A stretch of 64,000 nucleotides of DNA from Octopus vulgaris (Eukaryota): positions 41,230,001 through 41,294,000 of the forward strand of contig OX597818.1 of assembly GCA_951406725.2 (NCBI GenBank), in the 5' to 3' direction. The position numbers and the translations under genes were made by a program. Of this stretch, positions 43,703-58,419 are shown in pieces (the first letter of the stretch is position 1; every line of letters starts with the position of its first letter). The notes under the pieces were generated by a model. The model did no database searches. It saw nothing but the letters and a program-made list of their open reading frames with translations, and was not told the DNA's origin.

Positions 43703-44070
43703 CACAAGCCCCGAAAGATTTGGGGATGGGGCCAATCGATAAGATCAACCCCAGTACCCAAGTGGTGCTTAATTTATCGACCCCGAAAGGATAAAAGGCA
43801 AAGTCGACCTCGGTGGAATTTGAACTCAGAACAGACGAAATACCTATTTCTTTACTACCTACAAGGGGCTAAACACAAAGGGGACAAACAACGACAGACA
43901 AACGGATTAATTCGATTGCATCGACCCCAGTGCGCAGCTGGTACTTAATTTATCGACCCCGAAAGGATGAAAGGCAAAGTTGACCTCGACGGAATTTGAA
44001 CGTAACGGCAGGCAAAATACCGCTAAGCATTTCGCCCGGCGTGCTAACGTTTCTGCCAGCTCACCGCATT
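43703..44070 (-). mobile_element. SINE family A, dimeric copy (family B fragments at 43555-43693)
   Basis: Two core units. Confidence 0.88.
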
Positions 44071-44330
44071 ATAATATACACATAATATAGATATTATACT
44101 TGGGGATTGTCATTCTTTTTTCTTTTTGCCCAATCGAACACTTGCCCGATTTATTCGATCTTCACTTTTGTCTTTATTCGTGTCATTTTTACTTTATACG
44201 TGTATCAAATTTCGTTCGTCACACCTCCTGCGACCTCATCAGTGACTCTCTGTCTCATGTGTCTCTTCTTGTCCTGCTTATTTCCATTCTGTCTTTCTCA
44301 TACATACAAAAATATATACACATGCATACA

Positions 44331-44366
<36 letters not shown>

Positions 44367-44412
44367 TATGTGTGTATGCATGCATGTACGTATGCATATA
44401 TGTATGTGTATC

Positions 44413-44477
<65 letters not shown>

Positions 44478-44575
44478 TTTTAGTGATGAATTATATGTGG
44501 CTATATGACGATTTAACGTCTATCTCTTGGTATATTTGGCATAAGAATTTGTTTCTTTTGCCCTTATTTGTAAGT

Positions 44576-44651
<76 letters not shown>

Positions 44652-44659
44652 AATTATAT

Positions 44660-45155
44660 ATAAAAAATGCAAAATGGGACAAGAACGCAAAAAACACAAA
44701 GAGGCGACACAAAGAACGGACGGGTCATTCGAAGCCTCTAATCTTCAATCAGGAACCGGATCGTCCTAGCAAATTTCGGCTGATTAATCCTGATATCGCT
44801 CAGATCCGGCCAGCCCCAAGGAAAAACTAAACTGCGAGCATTAGATTTCTTGGGAAAAGGATCGAATGTATACGAAACAAGGACAGAAAAACGGACGATG
44901 CCACACGAATATAAATACAAAAAAAAACAAAAATAAAATTAAAAACAAGATTGGTAATAACAGGTCAAAAACAGCGGGTGTCTTACGACTTTAGACAATT
45001 GAACTTATCTTAGCGGGCGAATTTTGAAATAATTGCCTTTTCGGCAGACAAAGAGAGAAGCCGTGTTGTCACAGCAGCGGTCACCAGCGGAAAGGCCAGT
45101 TAACCAGCAGGTCACGTGAAAGTGGAGAAGAAGAGACAGAAAAAAACAAGGGGGC

Positions 45156-45158
<3 letters not shown>
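44660..45158 (-). mobile_element. TA-flanked insert, possible Penelope-like 3' end/pLTR fragment
   Basis: (TA)n on both sides. Minus-strand 'SLSAEKAIISKFAR*' resembles the GIY-YIG terminal helix (E..II.KF.P.LN) and is followed by T-rich UTR-like sequence. Confidence 0.4.
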
Positions 45159-45224
<66 letters not shown>

Positions 45225-45229
<5 letters not shown>

Positions 45230-45560
45230 GAATATAATTATAATTAAGGGCACTGGAGGAACAGCGCCTATGCTAGAGATAGATGTCAAACGACTATAAA
45301 CCACTTTGAATCTGCACTCTATTAGCCCAAGACTCAATGCAAGAAAAATTGATAAAAAGGATTTCGTAAAAACTTTGATTAACCCTAAATCTTCAGATTT
45401 CTGTTTTAGTAATCAATACTCTACCTTCATCAGTAGGGTACCCTTTTCCCTCCTTGTGCTAATGGAGTGCAAATTCAAAGTGGTTTATAGTCGTATGACA
45501 TCTATCTCTAGCGCACTCGCTGTTCCTCCAGTGCATTTAATTATAATTATATTTATATAA
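45225..45560. mobile_element. Fold-back element: ~105 bp inverted arms around a ~120 bp spacer
   Basis: 45225-45331 is the imperfect reverse complement of 45453-45560. TA-rich flanks. Confidence 0.9.
45382..45439 (-). ncRNA. Hammerhead ribozyme core in the fold-back spacer
   Basis: Minus strand reads acccta CTGATGA [25 nt, partly paired] GAAA tct-ga-aga TT tagggt. Stem I is a perfect 6 bp. Confidence 0.65.
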
Positions 45561-45682
45561 TATATATTTGTATATTGATTTTACCTATATGGTTTTTTAT
45601 TATATGCTGGCCACTGATAAAATCATTAATTTTTAATGATTTCATTCCTAGTTATGTATTCATGTGTATGTGTGTATATATA

Positions 45683-45888
45683 TAGTGTGTTCAAAAAGTC
45701 TCTCCGCAGAGAGATTCTTGTACACTGATCCTTTATTTGATCCCCAGATAAAAAAAGTTTGGCAGTGTTAAACCATGTGATCTTGGTAGCCAATGTCCCT
45801 TTGAAATAACCTGTTAACCGAAAAACTCTTGAAGCAGCACCAGGATTTTTTTTTTAAATCACTGCAGAGAGACTATTTGAATACCTTG
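45683..45888 (-). mobile_element. Internally deleted Tc1/mariner transposon
   Basis: ~25 bp TIRs (gtgttcaaaaagtctctccgcag / ctgcagagagactatttgaatac). Internal WLPRSHGLTLPNFF.WG...VY (1 frameshift) resembles WPPRSPDLTPLDFFLWG. Confidence 0.8.
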
Positions 45889-46070
45889 TGTGTGTATATA
45901 TATATATAAACACATACACACACACACGCATATACACATGCGCACTTGCATTTGTTTTTATACATAGCCACGTATTGAATAAAGTACACCACAATCCATG
46001 AGGTGTTACAGAGGTATCTAGTCTTCATATCTGTCGCTCTGTATCTCTCTGTATCTCTCTGTCTCTGTCA

Positions 46071-46130
<60 letters not shown>

Positions 46131-46352
46131 GTCTCTTTTACACATGCTCTCTTCCTTTCTTTTTCTCTTTCTCCAGCCCTTAATTCTCCTCTCTCTCCCT
46201 CTGTCTATCGTTGTCTCTCTTTAAATACGCTCTCTTCCTTTCTTTCACTTTCTCCAACCCTCAACTCACCCCTATCTCTCTCTCTCTTTCTACCGCTCTT
46301 TCTCCCTCTTTCTTTTTCCCTCTTCCTTCCTCTTTAACTCACCTCCTCACTT

Positions 46353-46383
<31 letters not shown>

Positions 46384-47993
46384 TCCTCTTTCTCTCCCTC
46401 TCTCTCCTTCTCTCTCTTACAAATATCAAACCAAATATAGATTCCAATTTTCATTCCTTCAAACAAATGCAACTAAATATATAAAAACCAAATAAATATA
46501 TAACTATTTGTGGTTGCCCCCCACCACATAGCCACAGGGTGCTTGTGATACTGATGGTGGTGGATGTGGAAGTGATGATGGTGGTGGTGGTGGTGGTGGT
46601 GCTTGTGGTGGTGGTGGTGCTTATGGTGGTGGTGGTGGTGGTGGAGGTGGAGGTGTTGGTGATGATGATGTTGCTGTTGGTAGTGGTACTTGTAGTGGTG
46701 GTGGTGGTGCTTGTGGTGGTGGTAGTAGTGGTGCTTGTGGTGGTGGTGGTGGTGGTGGTGGTGGTGGTGGTGGTGGAGGTGTTGGTGATGATGATGTCGC
46801 TGTTGGTAATGGTACTTGTGGTGGTGGTGGTGGTGGTGGTGGTGGTGGTGGTGGTGATGCTGCTGCTGCTGTTGCTGTTGGTGCTGTAAGCTATAGAAAA
46901 GGGTAGCAAGGACATTGACAAGGAGCATTTTCATCGGGGTATCTGCATCAAAAGAACTGGCTAGCAGTGAGTATAAGTGTGTGCTAGAAAATTCTGATGG
47001 CTACCCCGGGTATCGGCTCATTCCAGGCCTACTTGGAACGGTTAAACTCTAAACAAAGTATGCTGCTGAGCACCAATGATAGCCTGATTGAGCAAATTTA
47101 CAATTAAACGTCTCCCAACCGTGGCCATCTCACGTATTTTTCCCGGCACAGTGCACTGTGGTTCACATTAGCCAATCTAGATTTTTTTTCTTTCATTTTG
47201 TTTGTTGTGTTGCTTTTTTGTTTTTGTTTCTGTTTTTGTTTTGGGTGTTTTTTTTGGTGGGGGTGGGGTTGTCTATTTGAGACAGCGGTGCTGAGAAAAA
47301 TTGTGACTGCTATTTCTAGTATATTATATGACTACATAGAAGTGCACTCATTCAGGTGGGGTGGATAAATAGGATAGCCATGAAGACGGTGGCAACGACG
47401 ATGACGCACATGGTGGTAGTGGTGATGGTGGTGGTGGTGCTGGTGGTGGTGCTGGTGGTGGTGATGGTGGTGATGGTGCTGGTGCTGGTGGTGGTGCTGG
47501 TGCTGGTGGTGGTGCTGGTGGATATGGTGGTGGTGGTGGTGGTGGATATGGTGGTGGTGCTGGTGGTGGCGGTGGTGCTGGTGCTGGTGCTGGTGCTGGT
47601 GCTGGTGCTGGTGGTGGTAGTGGTTCTCGTGGTGGTGGTGGTGGTTATTGGTAGTGGCGGTGGACGAGGAGGTGAATGAATTAGTGTTGTGTTCTCTAAA
47701 TTTGGAAACGGGGACAGTAGGCAACAACGAGTGTATAGCAGCAGGTTTTCGAAATAGCCTCCCTCCCTCTACGTGAGACTGGGAGAACGTGAGGGGGGGA
47801 TTGGGAGTCCATCGACTGTCGAATAGTGATCGATAAATCGAACAGTATCGAGAGAGGAAGTGGATTTGGTGGTTGGTGGTTGGGGGGAGAGAGGAGAGAG
47901 GTTCGGGGTGAAACAGGAATAGCAAATGAAACAACATGGGGAGGAAGGGGGTAAGGCGAGAGAGAGAGAGTGAGAGAATGGGGATAATCAAGA

Positions 47994-48055
<62 letters not shown>

Positions 48056-48425
48056 CGATGATGACGAAGACGACGACGACGACGAAGAAGAAGAAGAAGA
48101 AGAAGAAGAAGAAGAAGAAGAAGAAGAAGAAGAAGAAGAAGAAGAAGAAGAAGAAGAAGAAGAAGAAGAAGAAGATGACGAAGACGAAGAAGAAGAAAAA
48201 GAAGGGGAAGAAGGGGAAGAAGAAGAAGAAGAAGAAGAAGAAGAAGAAGGGGAAGGGGGAAGTAGAAGAAGAAGAAGAAGAAGAAGAAGAAGAAGAAGAT
48301 GACGAAGACGAAGAAGAAGAAAAAGAAGGGGAAGAAGGGGAAGAAGAAGAAGAAAAAGAAGAAGAAGAAGAAGGGGAAGGGGGAAGTAGAACAAGAAGAA
48401 GAAGAAGAAGAAGAAGAAGAAGAAG

Positions 48426-48469
<44 letters not shown>

Positions 48470-48520
48470 GAACAAGAAGAAGAACAAGAAGAACAAGAAG
48501 AACAAGAACAAGAACAAGGG
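47994..48520. repeat. Compound (GAT)/(GAC)/(GAA)/(CAA) array with an internal ~120 bp duplication
   Basis: Seen directly; it accounts for the 346 and 414 aa ORFs. Confidence 0.95.
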
Positions 48521-48800
48521 GGAAAACAGCAGAAAAAAAAAACAAACAAAAGATAGAGAAGTAGTTTCAAAAACAAAAATAGAGGAGCGAAGAAAATTTG
48601 GTTGGAAAGCAGACGATACGTCTTTAACCACCATTTTCAATATCATCACCATCACCATCACCACCATTGCTGTCATCATCATCATCAGCAGCAGCAGCGT
48701 AATCACTATCATCATATTCACTTCACATATATTCATATGTAGTGCACGAATATATATATATTTGATACTTTGTATAAAGGGAAAAAGCAGGCTGAAATAT

Positions 48801-48882
48801 GGGGCGTGGTTTAGAAGTTATAGTAACCAATCATTGTCGTTTCAGAGCAAGTCTTGCTGATGACGTACGAAGCAGTCATTGG
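48801..48882. promoter_or_regulatory. Promoter-like motif cluster
   Basis: GC box GGGGCGTGG (48801), aaCCAATca (48827), CRE-like TGACGTA (48861) and inverted CCAAT (48878), all within 82 bp. Confidence 0.5.
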
Positions 48883-49649
48883 TTGTTTCCTCGATGTTAT
48901 ACATCCGCCTGCTCTTGTTACATGTATTATAAATGAACTTCACTGCCCTCTTTCGAGAGCTTCAGTCTCTCACTCTCTCTCTCTTTTTCTCCCTCACTCA
49001 CTCGCTTCTCTTCCTCTTTCACTCTCTCTGTTTCTCTTTCAATGTTTTATTCTCTCTGTAGCTCCCTCTCTTTATTTCTATCCCCTTTTCTCTTTCACTC
49101 CGTGAATTTCTCCCCCTCTCTCTCTCTCTCTTTCTCTCTCCTCTCTCAAACATTTTATCTTTATCGGATTTGATTATAAATTGATTGATTCTTATTCATT
49201 TCTTTTCTTCTCTCTGCCTCTCTCTCTCTCTCTCGCTCTCTCTCACCACCACCACCCCCACACACACACACAAACACACACACCGATGCACACACATTCT
49301 CTCACTCTCACTGCATATACAATCATAGTTGCATACATACATACATACATGCAAAAACATACATACATACGTACATACATACATACATACATACGTACAT
49401 ATATACATAAATGCATACATACATACATACATACATACATACATACATACATACATACATTATATCTATACACACATATATATACATGCACATATACAAA
49501 TATGTGCATGTATGTATGTATCTATCTGTCTATGTGTGTGTATACATATATATATATATATATATATTATTTTATTTATTTCGGTCATTTGATTGCGGCC
49601 ATGCTGGAGCACTGCCTTTAATACATACATGCATACATACATACATACA

Positions 49650-49729
<80 letters not shown>

Positions 49730-50345
49730 GAGAGAGAGAAAAGGAGAGAGACTGAAAAATGTCCATGTATCTCTCGTCTCTCCCCTTCTCTCTCTTTCTC
49801 TTTCTCTCCCTCTCACCCTTTCTTTCTCTTTCTCTCCCTTTCTCCTCCCTTTCTCTCGTTTCTATTGACTTTTTCTAACAGCATAAATGGAACAAGTTTT
49901 GAAAACAATCTCTTCCAACACTAACTACTATACTCACCTCCCCCATCACCACCTCCCTCATCACCACCTCCCCCATCACCATCACCACCGCCATCACCAT
50001 TACCGTTACCTCTGCAACATCACCACCGCTCCAACTCCCCCCGTTCGCCATCATATTACTGCCAAAATACGGAAGCTGCAACTGATATCAACGCCTTCAA
50101 TATCATCATCATCATCTTCATCATCATCGTCATCAACGTTATCATCGTACTACAACCGCAACAACGACGCTACCATCACCACTTGCGACCTCCACCAACA
50201 CAAACGATCACCACCAACTACCAACAACCAACCACAAACCATGACCACCACTACCTACCCAGCTGACAAACCCACAGAAACCACAAAATATATTATCACA
50301 CCAGCGCCACAATATCGATACTCCACAGGACTAGCACCAATATGT

Positions 50346-50405
<60 letters not shown>

Positions 50406-50416
50406 GTGTGTGTTTG

Positions 50417-50448
<32 letters not shown>

Positions 50449-50582
50449 AATTAATGAGGGTGATAAATTGAATATTAATTTAATTAACATAAATTGAAAA
50501 CCAGTGGCCTAGCATATAGAAAAATCTGAAAATTCAGAAAATTTGTATTACATCCCTTCTTATACGTCATCCCTTCTTATAC

Positions 50583-50640
<58 letters not shown>

Positions 50641-50830
50641 ATGGTATTATTAAAATACCATCACAAGTGGTAAGCGAATTATTAGCCGTACAGGCAAATT
50701 AACAAAATATATACATACAATATCAGATATGTATATATATAAATTACATGAGTACCTATATCGCTAACTATAGAAGTCAAAAAATACTTCTGTACCACCG
50801 AAAAGTCACAAATCTATTACAGACATGATA

Positions 50831-50876
<46 letters not shown>

Positions 50877-50878
<2 letters not shown>

Positions 50879-51010
50879 CAGGCTTCTTTCACTTTCCATC
50901 TTCCAAATCCACTCACAAGGCTTTCGTGGGCCCGAGGCTATAGTAGAAGACACTTGCCCAAGGTGTCACCCAGCAGGACGCGACTTACCAGACAGCCACT
51001 CCTACGCCTA
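50877..51010 (-). mobile_element. SINE family B, 5' part with a deletion
   Basis: ccaaatccactcacaaggc...cagccactcctacgcct. Confidence 0.82.
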
Positions 51011-51143
51011 TATATATATATATATACATAGAGAGAGAGAGAGAGAGGGGGTAGAGAGTTAACAACGCCATGTATACACACTGACAGCAACATTTTACAT
51101 ATATCACAACATACATCCTTTTATAAATATATATATATACATG

Positions 51144-51197
<54 letters not shown>

Positions 51198-51221
51198 CAT
51201 GTATACATACATGCATACATA

Positions 51222-51544
51222 CAAAGATCCCAAAATCTGCATCAAAATACAGTACCAGATACTGCAACAGCTTGGGTTTCAAGGGCCTACAGCTCTTCAA
51301 TATCCTTCCAAAATGCCTGAGAGACCTGCATGGTGTGGATGTAGGTGTGTGCAAAACAAAACTGGATCTCCTCCTGTCGAGGATTCCAGGTGAGCCTACC
51401 TCACGGCAGAAAACCCAAACAAGGGCAAGCAGCTTCAAACTCCCTCACTCACCAAATGCTACCACATGTCAGAGGAGGTTTTAAATAATGGTATAGCACA
51501 GTCATCCCCAGCATGACCGCAGCTTCAAACCTAAATAATTTAAA

Positions 51545-51548
<4 letters not shown>
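51222..51548 (+). mobile_element. CR1-type LINE 3' end (ORF2 C-terminus plus tail)
   Basis: TRYCNSLGFKGLQLFNILPKCLRDL...KTKLDLLLSRIPGEP fits the CR1-group motif (G..LFN.LP..LR...FK..LD..L..IPDEP). Tail ccccagcatgaccgcag. Confidence 0.85.
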
Positions 51549-51578
<30 letters not shown>

Positions 51579-51596
51579 TTTTATATATGTATATAT

Positions 51597-51681
<85 letters not shown>

Positions 51682-51731
51682 ATATGTCAGCATGGAAGGC
51701 GGACGTTAAACGATGATGATGATAATATATC

Positions 51732-51797
<66 letters not shown>

Positions 51798-51836
51798 TAT
51801 ATTATATTATATTATATATATATAATACATATATAT

Positions 51837-51894
<58 letters not shown>

Positions 51895-52130
51895 TCCAGT
51901 TTCAGTCACTGGACTGGAGCACTGCCTTGAAAGGGTTTGGGTTAGTCGAACAAATCGACCCCAAAACTTTCATTTTTCTTTTCTTTTTTTTTCTTTTTTT
52001 TTTCTAAGCTTGGTATTTATTCTATCAAGTTTCTTTTGACGAACTGCTAGAACGAACACTGGTTGCTAAGTGGTAGTTGTAGCACTAACGTTTACACAAA
52101 GATTCGCACATACTTAGAAACAGCTATATG

Positions 52131-52202
<72 letters not shown>

Positions 52203-52348
52203 TGTATGTATGTATGCATGTATATGTATAATTGCATACATATATTTATACAGACACTCAAACACACACACACATATATATATTTATTATATAAACGCGC
52301 ACGCATACACATACACACACATATATACACAGATACACACACACACAA

Positions 52349-52770
<422 letters not shown>

Positions 52771-53332
52771 GAGACTCAAATTAACAACACTACACTACAC
52801 TATACTATAATAGCAACAAAAGTATAAACAACAAGCCTAACAACGACATTAATAACAACAAGCCTACCTACAACAACACTAACAACAACAACAAGCCTTA
52901 ACAACAGCACCAACACCGACAGTAACATCAACAGCGCCACCACCACCAACTACAAAAACAACAACAACAAGGACGGTAACAACGATATCACCAACATCAA
53001 CAACCAAAACAACAGTGCCACCTATATCCACAATACCAACACAGAGAACATCCCACACATCCGTCAACAAGGAAACAAAATATGAAACGACTGCGTTGTA
53101 TACCGTCAAATAAGTTCGTTCTCTACCAGGCATTCTTCACCCCGACGATACCAGCGCCGCCGCTGCCGCCGTTTCCTCCTGCATCTTTACACTGTGCCAC
53201 AAAAATAAAGGAACGCGTTCGTTTCATAATCTTGTTTTGTCATTCTTTTATTCTGACAACAATACAACAATAGCTGCTAGGATTCTCTTATTACAATCTA
53301 TACATACATAGATACATGTGTGTATATATCAT

Positions 53333-53380
<48 letters not shown>

Positions 53381-53654
53381 ATATACATGTGTGTGAGTAT
53401 ATGTATGTATATGTGTGTGTATATTTATATATATATATATATACATATATATACACACACACATATACATATATATATATATATAGGAAGATACATATAC
53501 ATATATATATCCATATATACATATATATAGGAAGATACATATATATACACACACACATATACATATATATATATCTTTATATATATATATGTGTGTGTGT
53601 GTGTGTATACATATGTGTGTGTCTATATTATCTTTTGTTCTCAAATCATTTCAT

Positions 53655-53692
<38 letters not shown>

Positions 53693-53875
53693 TCTCTCTC
53701 TCTCTCTCTCTCTTTCCCCTTCGCAAACGTATATACTTTCAAACTCTACGTCTGTTTTTATAAGTCTTTCATATCATATCTCCCCACAAGCACAGATACA
53801 AACATACATACAACCAAATGTATGTGTACATATATATATATATATTCATATATGTACATATATAAATATATACAT

Positions 53876-53941
<66 letters not shown>

Positions 53942-53944
53942 TAG

Positions 53945-54018
<74 letters not shown>

Positions 54019-54146
54019 CGGATATTTCTGTATATTTACATACACACATGTATATAAATATTCATATTCATATATATATAAATGTAGGTTTATGTGTATA
54101 TATAGATACATATATATATATATATAAATATGTACGTATATATATA

Positions 54147-54224
<78 letters not shown>

Positions 54225-54308
54225 CCCTGCTTCCATTTCCTGAGCGCCTATTAATAATAATACTGTAATTGTTCCCTTGTTGTTGTTTTTTTGTTTCCCG
54301 TTTGGATT

Positions 54309-54341
<33 letters not shown>

Positions 54342-54916
54342 CGTACATATGTATATGCATACATACAAATATATATATATACATATATGCATTTATACAT
54401 TCACATACGCATGCACACACACACACACACACACACATACATATAATCGCCTACACGTCTCGAGACAGACATATGCACATATATGTACATAGGCAACGAA
54501 GCACATACAGATCTTTACATATACAAACACACCATATTAATACAGACAGTCACTCCTACACATACTACCAAACACATGCACATACATTTCTATATGTACA
54601 CACACACGTCTTTATACCTACACACACACACAAACGCACGCGCACACACATATGCACGCACACACACACACACATATACATACATTCAATCATAAGTGTT
54701 ATAATATTGTTTTACCAATTCTCTTCATCTTTATATGTTTCTTTTTCTTTTTTCTCTTTTTTTTCATTCTTTTTCCTCCGTTCGGTATTTTCTCTTTTGA
54801 TGTTATTTTTTCACCTCACAAACACAAATCAAATTGCTATACCTTCCTATTTATATCACGCTTAAGCGTTTTCTCTGCATATATACATATATGAAGATAT
54901 ACATAGATACATACAT

Positions 54917-54963
<47 letters not shown>

Positions 54964-55076
54964 TATATACATACATAGGTACGAACATACATATATACAT
55001 ACAGAGACAAAAGTGCAATATATATATATAAATAGTTTTATATAAATATATATAAATAGTTATATATAAATATATA

Positions 55077-55130
<54 letters not shown>

Positions 55131-55617
55131 TATACAAATATGGGTGTATATACTTATAAGAATATATTATATATTTATAAGTGCATAAGAATGTGATATA
55201 TATTACATTTTATATATATATGTGTCTGTATGTATATATATATATGCATGCATGTATATATGTATACGTGTATGTATGTATGTATGTATGTATGTATGTA
55301 TGTATGTATGTATGTATGTATGTATACAGATGCAGACACACAATATATGAAATGTAGATAATTATATGCATGTATATTTGTCTGTGTATGACATGTATAT
55401 ATATATACATATATATACATAGTGGGAGAGAGATATATACATATATATAGATGTGTGTGTATATAGGTATGTATAAGACACCAAAAGAGAATGACTCTCT
55501 CCAGACACAGCAGAATATGTATATACATTTATTCGTTTATTTATATGTACATACATACACATATACATATTCGTTAAACACGCACACAAACCGAAATATT
55601 AACTCACATAATATATG

Positions 55618-55680
<63 letters not shown>

Positions 55681-55839
55681 GTAGGTATGTATATATATAT
55701 ATGCATGTATATACGCATACATATACATATATATAGATATATATACACACACATACATATATGATGTGTGCGCGTGCGTACATTACTATAATATCATCAA
55801 ATTTACTTAGAGAATGAGAAGCAAGGAGAGAGGGAGAAG

Positions 55840-55878
<39 letters not shown>

Positions 55879-55931
55879 AGAAACGAAAAGGAAAGTACGA
55901 GAAATGAAGAACAGAAAGAGTGTAGTAAAAG

Positions 55932-55971
<40 letters not shown>

Positions 55972-56000
55972 TGAGAGAGAGAGGGGAGAGAGAGGTGAGG

Positions 56001-56079
<79 letters not shown>

Positions 56080-56265
56080 GAATGGATCGGTGGATGGATG
56101 GATAGATCGCTAGCAGCATACATACGTATTAATATATATAAGTTTGTGTATATATATATATGATGTATATATATGATATATATATATATATATGATGTAT
56201 ATACACGTATATACACGCACCTATTCATATATAGATATATATGCTTATATATACATATAATTTAG

Positions 56266-56299
<34 letters not shown>

Positions 56300-56640
56300 T
56301 ACATATATATGTATATATATGTATGTATGTATGTAAGTATGCATGTATGTATGTATATATGTATGCATGTATATATAGACACACACACATACTCATATCG
56401 GAGGGAGAGAGAGCGGAGATTAACAGAAATGTATGTCTGTATGTATGTGTTCATGTCGTGTGTGTATACGTGTAGTGGTAATTACTCACACATTTTCACA
56501 TATATACTTTCATCCATCCCTTCATACACACATGCAAGCCTACATACATACACACATATATATACCTACATGCATACATTCATACATGCATACATGCACA
56601 CATGTATGCATGCACATACATACATACATACATACATACA

Positions 56641-56674
<34 letters not shown>

Positions 56675-56912
56675 CATATGTAAATTAGATCCAGCTCCAA
56701 GAAATAATATCGCACAAAATAGGACATTAGTATTTTATCGATCTGCATAGCCAATCATCAATCTATATGTATCTATCCTATCAATCAATCTTCAACGGTA
56801 TCGATCAATACGCCCACCTATTTTCCGTTTAGCCATCTTCTCATATATATATTCATTGCACCCATTTTAGGCAACTATGATCGCCTTCGCTAAACCGACT
56901 GCTAGAAGTGCC

Positions 56913-56976
<64 letters not shown>

Positions 56977-57018
56977 TCAATAAATAGTGGGGTTGTGTTG
57001 ACCGCACTTGGAGAAATG

Positions 57019-57137
57019 ATAGGCAAGGAAAAATTATAAAAAGGCAGAATGCTAAATTTAAGGTAAATTTTAATGAAAATGGGCGTATGGAAAATTTCAA
57101 TTTAGCATTCTGCCTTTTATAATTTTTCCTTGCCTAT
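57019..57137. repeat. Inverted repeat: ~40 bp arms, 40 bp spacer, next to (TA)n
   Basis: ataggcaaggaaaaattataaaaaggcagaatgctaaatt ... aatttagcattctgccttttataatttttccttgcctat. Confidence 0.93.
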
Positions 57138-57161
57138 ATATATATATATGTATATATATAT

Positions 57162-57248
<87 letters not shown>

Positions 57249-57316
57249 GTATGTATTTATGTATGTATGTATGTATGTATGTATGTATGCACACACACAC
57301 ACATATATATATATAT

Positions 57317-57597
57317 TCTTTTATTCTTTTATTTGTTTCAGTCATTTGACTGCGGCCATGCTGAGGCCCCGCCTTGATAGATTGTAGTCGAACAAATCTA
57401 TCCCCAGAACTTTCTCTTAAAGAGTAGTATTTATTCTATCGGGCTCTTTTGCCGAACCGCTACGTTACAGGAATGTAAACACACCACCACCGGTTATCAA
57501 ACAGTGGTGGGGAACAAGCACATACACTATGTCAGACACACATAGATATAAGCATATATATATATATATACGGCGTAAATATATATGTATATATTGT

Positions 57598-57635
<38 letters not shown>

Positions 57636-57713
57636 AATATATACATATACATGTGTGTGTGTATGTGTATTTATATATATATGTATGTATACATATGTAT
57701 GTAAATATATACA

Positions 57714-57774
<61 letters not shown>

Positions 57775-57972
57775 GTATGTATGTATGTATGTGTGTATGT
57801 ATGTATGTATATGCTTGTGTGTCTGTGTTTGTCGCCCCACCATCGCTTGACAACCGATGTTGGTGTGTTTATGCAAAAGAGACCGATAGAATAAGTACTA
57901 GGCTTACAAACAATAAGTCCTGGGGTCGAATTGTTCGACCAAAGGTGGTGCTCCAGCATGGGCGCAATCAAA
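57317..57972. mobile_element. Two SINE B 3' halves in opposite orientation (57317-57525 on -, 57815-57972 on +) around a microsatellite
   Basis: Both match the family B tail region. Confidence 0.8.
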
Positions 57973-57985
57973 TATATATCTGTAA

Positions 57986-58021
<36 letters not shown>

Positions 58022-58232
58022 TAACAATATATATATATATGTATAATAACAATAACAAGCAAGTGAATGTTAAAAATAACAATATACACATGCAGACATA
58101 TATATATATATACGGTGGCGTTGCCCCAGCATGACCACAGTTCTTGAGCTTAAACTAGCTCAATTCATTTAATTCATACATATATACATACATATATATA
58201 TTTTTATACATATATATTTATGTACATATGTG

Positions 58233-58293
<61 letters not shown>

Positions 58294-58419
58294 AGTAAGC
58301 TTGCATATATTTATTGTATCAAAACTCGGCAGTCTCCTCCCGGTTTCGCAACAGTCGTGAACAGCCAAGAGCAAACTTTGAAATACACATTAAGCTCTTT
58401 GTATAATAACTATAACTAT

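Noticed and set aside
44755-44825. Possible hammerhead (ggctg/cagcc-GAAA) on the minus strand
   Set aside because: The CUGANGA box is absent; too degraded to call.
46891-46945. Minus-strand exon-like YPDENAPCQCPCYPFL* or MKMLLVNVLATLF
   Set aside because: Short, with several equally plausible frames and no independent support.
47332-48736. Longest ORFs (414 and 346 aa)
   Set aside because: They are open only because of stop-free trinucleotide repeats; no domain is recognisable.
52880-53110. Mucin-like Thr/Pro-rich frame
   Set aside because: It is a decayed (ACA/CCA)n repeat with no splice context.
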